Source: a virus
Strand: one strand, 5' to 3'
DNA length: 64,000 nt
Virus record (IMG/VR): IMGVR_UViG_3300043812_000021
Coordinates: 6,099 to 70,098 of that record
The translations under genes were made by a program, and so were the position numbers. This document shows, piece after piece, positions 25,939-35,975 of the stretch; positions within the stretch are counted from its first letter, which is position 1; every line of letters starts with the position of its first letter. The notes under the pieces are model-generated. The model saw only the letters and a program-made list of their open reading frames with translations, did no database searches and was not told the DNA's origin.

Positions 25939-26553
25939 ATGCGAAGAAAAACTGATAAAGAATTTAAACAAGAATTGCATGATTTAGTAGGTGACGAGTA
26001 TACAGCTTTAGATCATTATGAGAAAGGAACAGTCAAGATTCATATTAAGCATAACAAATGTGGTCATGTGCTATATGTTTATCCTTTGGCTTTTTTACAA
26101 AGACCTCACTGCCCTTATTGTAGTGGTCGCCCACGTTACACCCCAGCAGAGTATAGGGAGTATGTAAAAGAAATGACTAATGATGCGTACGAGGTTTTAG
26201 ACGATTTTGTAAATAATAGGACACCAATTCGTTATAAGCATAAGAAATGTGATACTGTATTTAAGACTCTTCCTAATACCTTTAGTGTTGGGTCTGCTCG
26301 TTGTCCTGTATGTGCTATTAAGATTCGTTCTAAGAAGCAATCCTTAACTACTGAGGAATTTAAGGAGCGAGTTCGTAACTTACCACATGGAGACGAATTC
26401 GAAGTTCTATCTGAATATAAAGGCTATCACCAACGTGTTACTTTTAAGCATAAGAAGTGTGATACTGTATGGATGACTACTCCAGCTAGTTTTTTCCTTA
26501 GCAAACACAAATGTCCAGTATGTGCAATTAACGCTACCAGAAAGGTTAAGTAA
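25939..26553 (+). CDS. Zinc-ribbon repeat protein without nuclease domain
   Basis: ATG 25939 after AAAGGAG; three H(N/K)KC...CP(Y/V)C repeats and ends immediately after the last. Confidence 0.7.
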   Translation: MRRKTDKEFKQELHDLVGDEYTALDHYEKGTVKIHIKHNKCGHVLYVYPLAFLQRPHCPYCSGRPRYTPAEYREYVKEMTNDAYEVLDDFVNNRTPIRYKHKKCDTVFKTLPNTFSVGSARCPVCAIKIRSKKQSLTTEEFKERVRNLPHGDEFEVLSEYKGYHQRVTFKHKKCDTVWMTTPASFFLSKHKCPVCAINATRKVK

Positions 26554-26555
26554 TT

Positions 26556-27548
26556 ATGGAGAAAGTAATTAAGAACTATTTAGACAATGTAGATAAAGTA
26601 GAAGAGGAATTATCCCGAAAGAAAAAGCTGTTAAATCAGTTTGATAATATTTTTGATCTATTTAATTTCTTATACGTGGGTAATCTTACTAAGGACTTAT
26701 CTTTCTATGACCCTAACCATGACTCTTTAGCATTAGATGATGGTTTGTTTAATGGTAATGAAAAGGCAATGAGAGAGGCTTTGGGGGCTGAATTTAAGAA
26801 AAGGTTAGAAAGTATCGGAATTAAGAATGTAGGAGTAGATGACTATAGTTGGAGATTAGGATTCCATATTCCCTCTCCTTACCCTAATGATATTGTAATT
26901 GAATCCTTAACCCCTAATCATAATGTTAAATTAAACTATTATACAGATGTTAGTTCATTAAGCCGGTTATCCAGAGTAGACGAAATTAATATTGACCTAG
27001 TGTTGAAGTACTTTAATCCAATGGCTAATTATGGACGTTTTAAATGGGATCTAAAAGGTATTATTACTCAATCATTAAATGAGCATGATAATGAGTTTTG
27101 GTATGATGATTTATTAACTGCTTTATCGACAGATCGTGACTATTTAATTCAATGCTTGACCTTATTTAGGGGTATGCAATATGATGATGACTCTATAGAA
27201 TATCCTAATTACTTGTCTGAACGGTTAAAGAGTACTGTTGAAAGATTAGAGTCTATCCATGCTTATACCCAAAAGGGTTTAGCTAAAAAGATTAAAAAGG
27301 AACTTAAAAAGTCATATTTAGAACATCAAATTGATATTATGATTAAGCCTAAGTATTTCTACTACAATCGAAAGCTTAATCAATTTAAGCGGGATATTGA
27401 CCACGCAGAAGTATGGAGCAATACTATTGATCTTCGTAAGTCTACAGAAGATTACTACCGTGGTATATTTACGGGATTATTTAATAAGAAGGTTAATATT
27501 AATTGGTTTGTTAAAAACGCTAATGACGATTATGTAAAACTTAAATAA
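26556..27548 (+). CDS. Hypothetical protein
   Basis: 330 aa, no motif recognised. Confidence 0.6.
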   Translation: MEKVIKNYLDNVDKVEEELSRKKKLLNQFDNIFDLFNFLYVGNLTKDLSFYDPNHDSLALDDGLFNGNEKAMREALGAEFKKRLESIGIKNVGVDDYSWRLGFHIPSPYPNDIVIESLTPNHNVKLNYYTDVSSLSRLSRVDEINIDLVLKYFNPMANYGRFKWDLKGIITQSLNEHDNEFWYDDLLTALSTDRDYLIQCLTLFRGMQYDDDSIEYPNYLSERLKSTVERLESIHAYTQKGLAKKIKKELKKSYLEHQIDIMIKPKYFYYNRKLNQFKRDIDHAEVWSNTIDLRKSTEDYYRGIFTGLFNKKVNINWFVKNANDDYVKLK

Positions 27549-27631
27549 TATAATTCCCTCTTTCAGAACTACATTAAAACTAGAATAGAAACAATTCTGT
27601 TGTACAATGTAGAATAACGAAAGGGGGATTT

Positions 27632-30600
27632 TTGGTGGGTCAAAAGATCAATATACCCTCACAAAATCAACCGTTTAGAAAGCAATCTTCCTTAGGTGGA
27701 GATGTTAGCTTTCGGAATTTAAACGGAACAAATGATAATTCATTTATTACTTTAGCTAAGGTAACAAAAGTTTATTATAAACAAGGTAAATTAGATTTTA
27801 AATTAACTAATACTGTTTCGATTGTGCAAGAACAGGGTGGAGACGGTTCTGGGTCTGCTCCAATTCCTGTTGACTTCTTTGGGCGTAAACCAGACGGTCA
27901 AGTTTTTGGTCATTACCGTCCAGTTAAAGTTGGAGACTTGATTGCAATTGCTTATATCAATGGTCACCGTTCTAATCCAATTGTAATTGGTGTTTATCCT
28001 GACTCTGCACCAGATTATGAATTGATTTCACCATCAATGTTTGAAACTGGTGATGATAATGATTCTGGAATTGCTGAAACTGGATTAGCTGAGCAAAAGG
28101 TTTATCCGTCAATGCAGACTAGCTACCGTTCTGGTTCTGGTACGATTGCAGAAGCATTAAACGGTCACTCGTTTTTAATTTTAGACGATGAAACAGCTAA
28201 TCAGTATGACCAGCTTTGGACTGATTATGAGTCTGTTGGTTTCTTTAATCATAATGGAGAAACAACTAATCCGTTAAAAGAGGAAGCTGGTAGTTGGCTA
28301 TTAGTTCATGAGGATAATCCAGATGGTGATGGCGATGGTCACCGTACTCGTTTTTACGTTAACCCTAAAGGTGAAATTCAAATTGTACTTATGGGTTCTG
28401 ATTCAGAGGGTGATGTAGCTGTACTAGAGGGTTCTCGTAAAGATGGGTTTACTCTTAAGCACTATAATGATCTTTCATCAATTAAAGCTGGTGACAAAGG
28501 ACAGGATGTTTATAATCCAGACTTTGACGTTGCTAAGAAATACGTAGAGCTTAATATTGGTAAAGATCAGTCTATTCTTATGCAGGCTGTAGATCAAGGT
28601 TTTTCTGGTGGCAATACTAGTCTTACAGTTAAGCCAGATGGTGTTTACTTAAACGATAAGCCTTTAAATGCAAGCATTACAGACTCGGTAAGAGAACATA
28701 GTAAAGAAGTAGCGGACGCTATTTCTAAAGATTTAACCACTACTAAAGAGTGGGAGGACTTTGATAAGCGGGTTACTCAAGCCGGTAAGGACGCTAAAGA
28801 CGCTGGTGATAAAGCTAAGCAAGCTGGTGAAGATGCTAAGCAAGCCGGTATTAATGCAGAAAAAGCAGGAGAAGACGCTAAGAAGACTGGTGATGATATT
28901 AAGCGCCATATTGTTTATTATGCTTCTGCTTTCCCCCAAGGGGATCACTACATTCCGGGTAAGTATTTAGCGATTAATACTGAAACTTATATTGCTAATG
29001 GTATTATTAAATCTGCGATGATTGAAGACGGGGCTATTGATAATGCTAAAATTGCATATGAAGCTGTTGGTAGTTCACAAATTGAAGATTTAGCTGTTAC
29101 TCGTGGTAAATTAGCATACATGGCTGTAGGGACTGCTCAAATTGAAGATCTTGCTGTGTCTGATGAAAAAGTAGACCACCTTTCCTTTAATCATATGGAG
29201 GGGGAATTATTAGATGCCCATAAGATTAGAGTTCGTAATCTTGAGGGGGATAGTATTTCTGCTAAAACTCTTACGGCTGATAAATTAATTATTGGTGAGC
29301 TGGGGGATATTACAGATAAGCTAGGAACCATTGCTGACGGTAAGATTATTGTTAAAGGTAATGGTAAAGATTCTGGAGTTACCTTAGACGGGTTAGACGC
29401 AGATAATCCCGATGTCTATACCCCAAGTAAGAAAGCTATTTTAGCTAATATTGTCAAGGCTATTAGGTCTAGTGCTTTGGCTAGTTTAGACTACGCTAAG
29501 CAAGTAGGTTTAAATAATGACCCTATAGCAAAAGACTTACAGAAGAAGTATGACGCAATGGTTGACGGTTTAGCTCCTATCTTTAATGATATGACTGCTA
29601 CTACTAACTTTGACCATAATACAGTTGAGCAATTAACATCTGATTGTAATAATGCAATTGATAAATTCCAAAACCTTGCCAATAGTCAATTAAATCGTAA
29701 GATTGGGCAAACCGCTGATAATAAGAATTCTGTTTATCAAGGCTATGAACAGCCTGCTAATCCACACATTAATGATATATGGTTCCAAGAGAATTCAGAC
29801 GGAACTTATCAAATTAGGGTTTATGATGGCGGATCTTGGATTAGTCCCGGTATGCAGGATATTAAAGAAGTACAAGAATCAGTGTCTACTTTGCCAAGGT
29901 CATACTATAGTTCTATACAGCCAGCTGGGACAGATTATAAAGACGGTGACATCTGGTATAAAACTAGTACCGATACAACTAACAATACCGTAGTATATAC
30001 TGCGTACAAGTGGAATCGTAATACTAATACATGGGATCCTCTGTTAGACGCAACTAGCTCACATAACTATATAGGATCCGCACCAGCTAACCCAATCGAT
30101 GGGGACTTTTGGATGGATAATACCACCCTTAAACAGTATCAAAATGGGGTCTGGAAAACAATTCCAACCCAAGGACCTCAAGGTGTTCCCGGTGTTAGTG
30201 CAAAACAACAATACATTCATACTGCGTATGCAACTAGTGCTGATGGTAATAATAATTTTAGTGTGGATAGCTTTAGTGGGGCTACTTATATTGGTTTGCT
30301 AGTTGATTTTGATGAAGAAGATTCTAAGGATCATACTAAGTACACATGGTCATTAATCAAGGGTAAAGATGGTACAGATGGTAAAGATGGGGTACCGGGT
30401 AAGCCGGGTGTAGACGGTAAGACAAGTTATGTACACTTTGCCTATGCTAATAGTAGTGATGGTAATACTGATTTTAACCTAGAATACTTTGCTAATGCTC
30501 TATATGTTGGTACTTATACTGATTTTACAGAATCGGATTCCTCTGACCATACCAAGTACACATGGTCTAGGTTAAGGGGTGATAAAGGGGACCAAGGTAT

Positions 30601-32878
30601 TCCCGGTGCAGATGGTACAGACGGTAAAACTTACTACACATGGATCAAGTATGCTACTGATAGTAGTGGTAGCAATATTAGTGATTCCCCGACTGGAATG
30701 AGTTATATAGGAATAGCTTATAACAAAGGAAGTCAAACTGAATCAAGTACACCTACTGATTACAAGTGGACTAAAATTAAGGGTGATGACGGTATTCCGG
30801 GCACTCCAGGTGCAGATGGTAAAACTAGTTATTTCCATGTTGCCTATGCTAATAGTGCTGATGGTAGTAACGGATTCACAACTAGTCCAAATATAAGTAG
30901 TAGCTATCGTTATCTAGGAACTTATACAGATTATACAAGTACAAGTAGTAGAAACCCTTCTTCTTACACATGGGCACCAATGTTTGACTCAACTAAGAAA
31001 CGCAACTTTACTTCCCAACCAACCACACCTTATGCTGTGGGTGATACGTGGACACAATCAGGTGCTACTTATTTCTGTACAACTGCACGGGATAGTGGTG
31101 CATTCACAGCTAGTGATTGGACGATGCAACAATTAACCATTCATTCGTTGGATAGTAGCGTTGCTAATAGCTTGCATAACGATAATCTAGTTTCTGGTAC
31201 TGATCAGAAATATACAATGGGTTATGGTATCCCTAATACTGTCTGGCAGGATGACTATGCTTACTTGAAATTACCAACAAATGCCACAGGTTATGAAATC
31301 CTTCCGCAAGACCCACATACCTTTTTCCATGTTATGAATAAAGGGACAACTTATACTCAAACAATCTGGTTTGAAACTGATGCAACTGTCAAAGACTTGA
31401 GTAGGGCTCAAATTACATGGTTTACCAATGTAGGGCACGATCCTCAACCTGCAACCTTGATTAATCTTGGCGAAAATAAATATAAGCTCTACTCGACTTA
31501 TATGTGGACCGGCAAGAGTGATAATAACGTACGATTGTTTGATATTTTCTACTTAAATTTCGCTTTTGATTTAAGCACAGGAACATACTTGAAGTTTGGC
31601 AAGTTGAAGTTGGAAAAAGGAAGTGTAGCTACCCCTTGGTGCTTATCGCAATCTGAACTTACAACGACTACTAGAGACTATAGAGGTGTTACTTTAAATG
31701 ACAGGGGGCTAACTGCTACCGCAGGAAGTACAACGGTTGCTATGAACTCTAACGATGGTTTTCTTATTAATAATGCTAGCGGACAGGTATTCCATGTAGA
31801 TACTAGTGGTAATCTTAATATGAAAGGTAATATTACTGCGGGTAACATTTCTGGAGTTAACTTTATCGGAGATAATTTAACCCTTAATAACTCACTGCAA
31901 GTTATTAATGGTAATATTTCTGCTGATAATGGTAATGTTGTTATTAACTCTAATGGTCTTACCATTAAAGACGGTGGATTGAAAATTGTTAATAGTAAAG
32001 GCGAAACTACTACCGAGATTAGAGATGATGGTACTTTTGCTACTAATAAAGGTTTCTTTAGTGGTTCTATTACTGGTAGTAATATTGTTCTAAATGGTAA
32101 TGATGGTTCTAAAATCTCTGCTAGTGGTGGTGCTTTTAGTGTAGACGGTTTTGGTAATGTTACTGCAAACTCAATTAAAATTACTGGTAACCGTAAGGAT
32201 GACGTATCTAATCAAGCTCTGATAAAGGGGGCTAGTATTACAGACGGTAATATTATTAAAGGTAATTTAATTGAGGGTAATAATATTATTGGTAACCGGA
32301 TTCAATCATCTGAATTTATGACTTCTACTCGTGAGTACTCTAATGGATCCTACTATCCAATTTCTGGGTCTATCTATACGCCATCATTTCTTATTGAAGA
32401 TTCTGGTAATATTAGTGTACATACTGTCTTTCCTCAAGCTTTTTCTACCATTGCTCGAATTGGATCTAATAAAGGGGTTGACGGTCCCTATGTAAACATT
32501 ACCCATGAAGCATTTGACCGTAGTACTTTGTCTGGATCTTTCGGGTATGGTAGAGGTTATGAATATCCAGTTCCATATTTATATGGTCATCAAGGGGGAA
32601 TGGTAGAGTATCCTGTTAATTCTAATGAATTAAGTATTGTCTATATGAATGATATTAGTAGGTCTGAATATAATGGTTATGGATTATATGATGGCTATAA
32701 ATATACTGAGATAGCAACAATTAATGATATTGTACAAAAGTATAAGTCTAAGATAGGGCGAATCAAGTTTAACTTTGGTATTGTTTGTACCTATGGTAGC
32801 TATGATACTTCAGGGGGTACTACAGTGGCTGGAGGATACCATGATTTGTATGTTGTATTAACTACTGGAAGGAATTAA
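27632..32878 (+). CDS. Central tail spike / host-specificity protein
   Basis: N-terminus LAKVTKVYYK...HYRPVKVGDLIAIAY like Herelleviridae spike proteins; heptad A-G-x-D-A-K repeats; collagen-like and YxHxAYANSxDG repeats; CBM-like domain. Confidence 0.75.
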   Translation: MVGQKINIPSQNQPFRKQSSLGGDVSFRNLNGTNDNSFITLAKVTKVYYKQGKLDFKLTNTVSIVQEQGGDGSGSAPIPVDFFGRKPDGQVFGHYRPVKVGDLIAIAYINGHRSNPIVIGVYPDSAPDYELISPSMFETGDDNDSGIAETGLAEQKVYPSMQTSYRSGSGTIAEALNGHSFLILDDETANQYDQLWTDYESVGFFNHNGETTNPLKEEAGSWLLVHEDNPDGDGDGHRTRFYVNPKGEIQIVLMGSDSEGDVAVLEGSRKDGFTLKHYNDLSSIKAGDKGQDVYNPDFDVAKKYVELNIGKDQSILMQAVDQGFSGGNTSLTVKPDGVYLNDKPLNASITDSVREHSKEVADAISKDLTTTKEWEDFDKRVTQAGKDAKDAGDKAKQAGEDAKQAGINAEKAGEDAKKTGDDIKRHIVYYASAFPQGDHYIPGKYLAINTETYIANGIIKSAMIEDGAIDNAKIAYEAVGSSQIEDLAVTRGKLAYMAVGTAQIEDLAVSDEKVDHLSFNHMEGELLDAHKIRVRNLEGDSISAKTLTADKLIIGELGDITDKLGTIADGKIIVKGNGKDSGVTLDGLDADNPDVYTPSKKAILANIVKAIRSSALASLDYAKQVGLNNDPIAKDLQKKYDAMVDGLAPIFNDMTATTNFDHNTVEQLTSDCNNAIDKFQNLANSQLNRKIGQTADNKNSVYQGYEQPANPHINDIWFQENSDGTYQIRVYDGGSWISPGMQDIKEVQESVSTLPRSYYSSIQPAGTDYKDGDIWYKTSTDTTNNTVVYTAYKWNRNTNTWDPLLDATSSHNYIGSAPANPIDGDFWMDNTTLKQYQNGVWKTIPTQGPQGVPGVSAKQQYIHTAYATSADGNNNFSVDSFSGATYIGLLVDFDEEDSKDHTKYTWSLIKGKDGTDGKDGVPGKPGVDGKTSYVHFAYANSSDGNTDFNLEYFANALYVGTYTDFTESDSSDHTKYTWSRLRGDKGDQGIPGADGTDGKTYYTWIKYATDSSGSNISDSPTGMSYIGIAYNKGSQTESSTPTDYKWTKIKGDDGIPGTPGADGKTSYFHVAYANSADGSNGFTTSPNISSSYRYLGTYTDYTSTSSRNPSSYTWAPMFDSTKKRNFTSQPTTPYAVGDTWTQSGATYFCTTARDSGAFTASDWTMQQLTIHSLDSSVANSLHNDNLVSGTDQKYTMGYGIPNTVWQDDYAYLKLPTNATGYEILPQDPHTFFHVMNKGTTYTQTIWFETDATVKDLSRAQITWFTNVGHDPQPATLINLGENKYKLYSTYMWTGKSDNNVRLFDIFYLNFAFDLSTGTYLKFGKLKLEKGSVATPWCLSQSELTTTTRDYRGVTLNDRGLTATAGSTTVAMNSNDGFLINNASGQVFHVDTSGNLNMKGNITAGNISGVNFIGDNLTLNNSLQVINGNISADNGNVVINSNGLTIKDGGLKIVNSKGETTTEIRDDGTFATNKGFFSGSITGSNIVLNGNDGSKISASGGAFSVDGFGNVTANSIKITGNRKDDVSNQALIKGASITDGNIIKGNLIEGNNIIGNRIQSSEFMTSTREYSNGSYYPISGSIYTPSFLIEDSGNISVHTVFPQAFSTIARIGSNKGVDGPYVNITHEAFDRSTLSGSFGYGRGYEYPVPYLYGHQGGMVEYPVNSNELSIVYMNDISRSEYNGYGLYDGYKYTEIATINDIVQKYKSKIGRIKFNFGIVCTYGSYDTSGGTTVAGGYHDLYVVLTTGRN

Positions 32879-33896
32879 TGAAAATGATACTTATCATGTA
32901 GACTTTGATGGAAAAACTTTTAATAATGTAAAAAATAATATTAAGATTAAAATGACATCTAAGAAGGTTTTAACTGGTGTCGGGGGATTGTCTTATTATA
33001 ATTTGTATGCTGAACTATCGACTAAGGATTTAGATTTAGCTAATACCTATTATTTAGGAGTATTGCAAAAAGGATTTATAAAAGACTCCAGAGAGTCCCT
33101 TGCTAACCATACATGGAAGATTCAAATTGATGAGATGGCAATAATTCCAGAGGGCGATATTCTTGATGATCAAGGTTATTATGTTCCTACTGCGGGTGGG
33201 AGTTATCGAGATCTTACAATATCGGCTAACGGATCAATTATTACCCATGAAGACGATATTGGAGTACAAACTACTTCTGAATATAGTAGTAGGTACCTTT
33301 CTTTTGCAGTAAGTACTGATGGGCAGAGTCCAATGCCTTATTGGACGACTATAAGTGCAGATGGTATTGGGTTCTCTATTGGTAATAATAATAGCTCTAC
33401 CGATGGTAATGGTAACCCTAATGGCTTAGCTACCCGACAGTGTATTTATTTCTCTGGAGACTCTAACCAAAATGGGATGTCAATGGATAACTATGGTAAT
33501 GTTCACGGACAGGTATGGTCTGGAGCTTGGAAAGTTTACAATAATCAGGGTGACGAGGTATTTAATGTGCCATTTGATCCTAATGGTGTGTTTAATTTTT
33601 ATGTACCTAGAGTAAATAAAAATCAAGATCCGGGTCATAAATGGGGAGGTCTAAAGATTGGTTGGGTCTACTTTGACCAAGCGCAATATCGTTGGGCTGA
33701 AACAGTTCCTGCTATTTATAATACTGGAGGAAGAGTAAAGGGGATTGCTATGTATGATCAATTTATTGTGACTTTTATGGATGGTTGGTGTTACCAATTA
33801 TCTTCTTGGTGGAATCATGGTGTTCCTAGAGGCATTGATAGTTCAAACGGTGAAGCACAGGGAACAAATACAGATGCTGGTCATAGAGGTGTCTAA
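32862..33896 (+). CDS. Probable C-terminal continuation of the spike protein in the +1 frame
   Basis: Frame open from 32862, overlapping the upstream stop 32876-78; first ATG 32952 lacks an RBS. Confidence 0.55.
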   Translation, partial: LLEGINENDTYHVDFDGKTFNNVKNNIKIKMTSKKVLTGVGGLSYYNLYAELSTKDLDLANTYYLGVLQKGFIKDSRESLANHTWKIQIDEMAIIPEGDILDDQGYYVPTAGGSYRDLTISANGSIITHEDDIGVQTTSEYSSRYLSFAVSTDGQSPMPYWTTISADGIGFSIGNNNSSTDGNGNPNGLATRQCIYFSGDSNQNGMSMDNYGNVHGQVWSGAWKVYNNQGDEVFNVPFDPNGVFNFYVPRVNKNQDPGHKWGGLKIGWVYFDQAQYRWAETVPAIYNTGGRVKGIAMYDQFIVTFMDGWCYQLSSWWNHGVPRGIDSSNGEAQGTNTDAGHRGV

Positions 33897-33951
33897 ATTT
33901 GACTAATTTTGTGCTATAATAAACTTATCTTAGTAATGGAGGATAATATAA

Positions 33952-34326
33952 GTGTCTAAATTATTAATTAATAAGAGTGTAGAAGAACATCAAGAGTTAG
34001 ATAGCAATAATCAAGTAAGAAAGAGGAAAAGTATTACTTTAGATGGAACTGTTGTTGATGAACAAACTGGTAATACTTTAATGAATATGCGTACTACTTT
34101 ATTAGGAGACGGTTCAACTCCACAGACTTTAGTTTATGGAGGAGAGGATAGTATCGTTGGTTTTAATGATGATGGTACTGTTAGACTTGCTTCTGCTACT
34201 AAAGAGGAACGTGATAAGAATTTAGTAAAGTTTCGTGCTAGGGCGATTAAGGAACAAAAAGAATTATCTAAAGAAAATGGAATTGATCCTAGTGTTGTTA
34301 ATAACTATGGAGACGAACTTAAGTAA
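33952..34326 (+). CDS. Hypothetical protein, tail-fiber accessory region
   Basis: 124 aa, RBS GGAGG. Confidence 0.6.
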   Translation: MSKLLINKSVEEHQELDSNNQVRKRKSITLDGTVVDEQTGNTLMNMRTTLLGDGSTPQTLVYGGEDSIVGFNDDGTVRLASATKEERDKNLVKFRARAIKEQKELSKENGIDPSVVNNYGDELK

Positions 34327-34344
34327 GAATAGGAGAGATATAAT

Positions 34345-34581
34345 ATGAATAATAATCAAGCAGGACAACAAAATAATCCGATGAATGTAGATGCTAATGC
34401 ACTTTTAGACGATTATAAGAAACAAGTGGGAGATCTTGATTTAAACGTTAAGATTAAAGATATTCAAATTAAAAACTATCAAAAAGAAAATCAACGTTTG
34501 CGGGAACAGGCTAAGTCTTTACAAGATCAAATTGACTTATTAAAGGGAAAAGAGGAAAAGCATACTAAGGATAAGAAGTAA
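34345..34581 (+). CDS. Small coiled-coil protein
   Basis: 78 aa, RBS AGGAG. Confidence 0.6.
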   Translation: MNNNQAGQQNNPMNVDANALLDDYKKQVGDLDLNVKIKDIQIKNYQKENQRLREQAKSLQDQIDLLKGKEEKHTKDKK

Positions 34582-34769
34582 TGTTAAAAGATAAATTAAA
34601 GGTTGAACAGGAGCAATTAGACGCTAAGGTTAAGAAGCTAGAAGCATTCCTAACCGATAAAGATAAGCTAAAAGATCTTAAGTTCAAACAAATTCAGTTA
34701 TTGCATAAGCAACTTTCTGGAATGAAAACTTATTTAGAAGCGTTAACAGAACGAATTAAGAACTTATAA
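34581..34769 (+). CDS. Small coiled-coil phage protein
   Basis: 62 aa; EQEQLDAKVKKLEAFL...QLSGMKTYLEALTERI pattern common in phages. Confidence 0.6.
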   Translation: MLKDKLKVEQEQLDAKVKKLEAFLTDKDKLKDLKFKQIQLLHKQLSGMKTYLEALTERIKNL

Positions 34770-34773
34770 TATT

Positions 34774-34802
34774 AAGGGCAGGTTAAATACCTGTCCTTTT
34801 TA
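34774..34802 (+). terminator. Rho-independent terminator followed by late-promoter motif
   Basis: AAGGGCAGGT-taaat-ACCTGTCCTT plus T-run, then TATATTA at 34801-07. Confidence 0.75.
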
Positions 34803-34836
34803 TATTAAAACTAGAATTTACTAAGTAGGTGATATA

Positions 34837-35421
34837 ATGGCAATGGCTGATGGTCGTTATTACCTAGATCGGTGTGCTTTTAGAATACTAAATAGTGATG
34901 GTTCACAACAAAATCGGTTTGACTTTTCAATCAACCCACAATCAATTCAAGAACAGACACAAGCCCGTACAGCTTATATGAATACTAAAGACTGGGGAAC
35001 AGTTCAAAACTTTGGTATGGGTCAAAAGTCAATTACTATTTCTGGTACAACTGGTTGGCAACATGGTTTAGGTATAGATCAAGCATGGCAATTAAAATCT
35101 TTTTTAGACACATATTTAAACAACTATCCGACTGGAACCGAGGATAACCACCCTGTTTTAGTCTTTGATAACTATACTGATAACTACTCTTATAAGGTTG
35201 CTATTTCACCATCTGGCTATCAATTTAGTCAAGACGTATCGCAAGCAATCCTTGTTAAGTACACAATTAATATGATTGTAGTTGGTAACACAGACCAAGC
35301 GTCTGCTAGTGATCGTACTAATACATTAATAGGTAGACCCGGTGAGGGTGGGATGACAGATGGTAATATGAGTAATGCTACTAGCTCTGCGATTGCTAGT
35401 TTAAGGAGGGATATAAGATAG
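34837..35421 (+). CDS. Baseplate/tail-tube initiator-like protein
   Basis: FDFSINPQSI...ITISGTTG motif; synteny after the spike gene. Confidence 0.6.
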   Translation: MAMADGRYYLDRCAFRILNSDGSQQNRFDFSINPQSIQEQTQARTAYMNTKDWGTVQNFGMGQKSITISGTTGWQHGLGIDQAWQLKSFLDTYLNNYPTGTEDNHPVLVFDNYTDNYSYKVAISPSGYQFSQDVSQAILVKYTINMIVVGNTDQASASDRTNTLIGRPGEGGMTDGNMSNATSSAIASLRRDIR

Positions 35422-35963
35422 TGACAGGTAAGAATAATTACTTTGACCCAATTACATTAGACGAATACTTTTTATATTCCCTACCTGATATTACGTCTGA
35501 TAATCGTTTAATTATTCCCGAATTGCAATTAAAGACTTTTAATGGGTTAGCTAATCAACCACAACTACAGGTGTCTGAATTAACTAAGATGTTTCAGTAT
35601 TATACCTTATCTTATTTACCAATCTTCTTTGGTAAGACACCAGCAGATAGATCTTTTACTAATAAGTTAGCTCATACCAAAATGTTTTCATATAAGCCGG
35701 GGGCGTATAAGTTATTAAATGCAGTTTATCTTGAAATTAGGTCATTAACTTGGCACTTAGATAATGCACCAGATTTAATTCAGTACATTAGTAAAAAGGA
35801 TATTGTTCGTATTCGTTATAACTTAAGAGTAATGGCTGACTGGTGTGGAGACTATACAGAGTACTTGGATTTTATTCCAAAGCTAAGACAGTTGGAGGTT
35901 GACTTAGGTTTTATTGAAAATAAGCTTAATTATATTGTTAATCATTATGGTTACACTAAGTAA
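35421..35963 (+). CDS. Conserved baseplate-region protein
   Basis: 180 aa; position matches the ~174-aa gene of K-like phages. Confidence 0.5.
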   Translation: MTGKNNYFDPITLDEYFLYSLPDITSDNRLIIPELQLKTFNGLANQPQLQVSELTKMFQYYTLSYLPIFFGKTPADRSFTNKLAHTKMFSYKPGAYKLLNAVYLEIRSLTWHLDNAPDLIQYISKKDIVRIRYNLRVMADWCGDYTEYLDFIPKLRQLEVDLGFIENKLNYIVNHYGYTK

Positions 35964-35975
35964 GGTGGTGAGATT

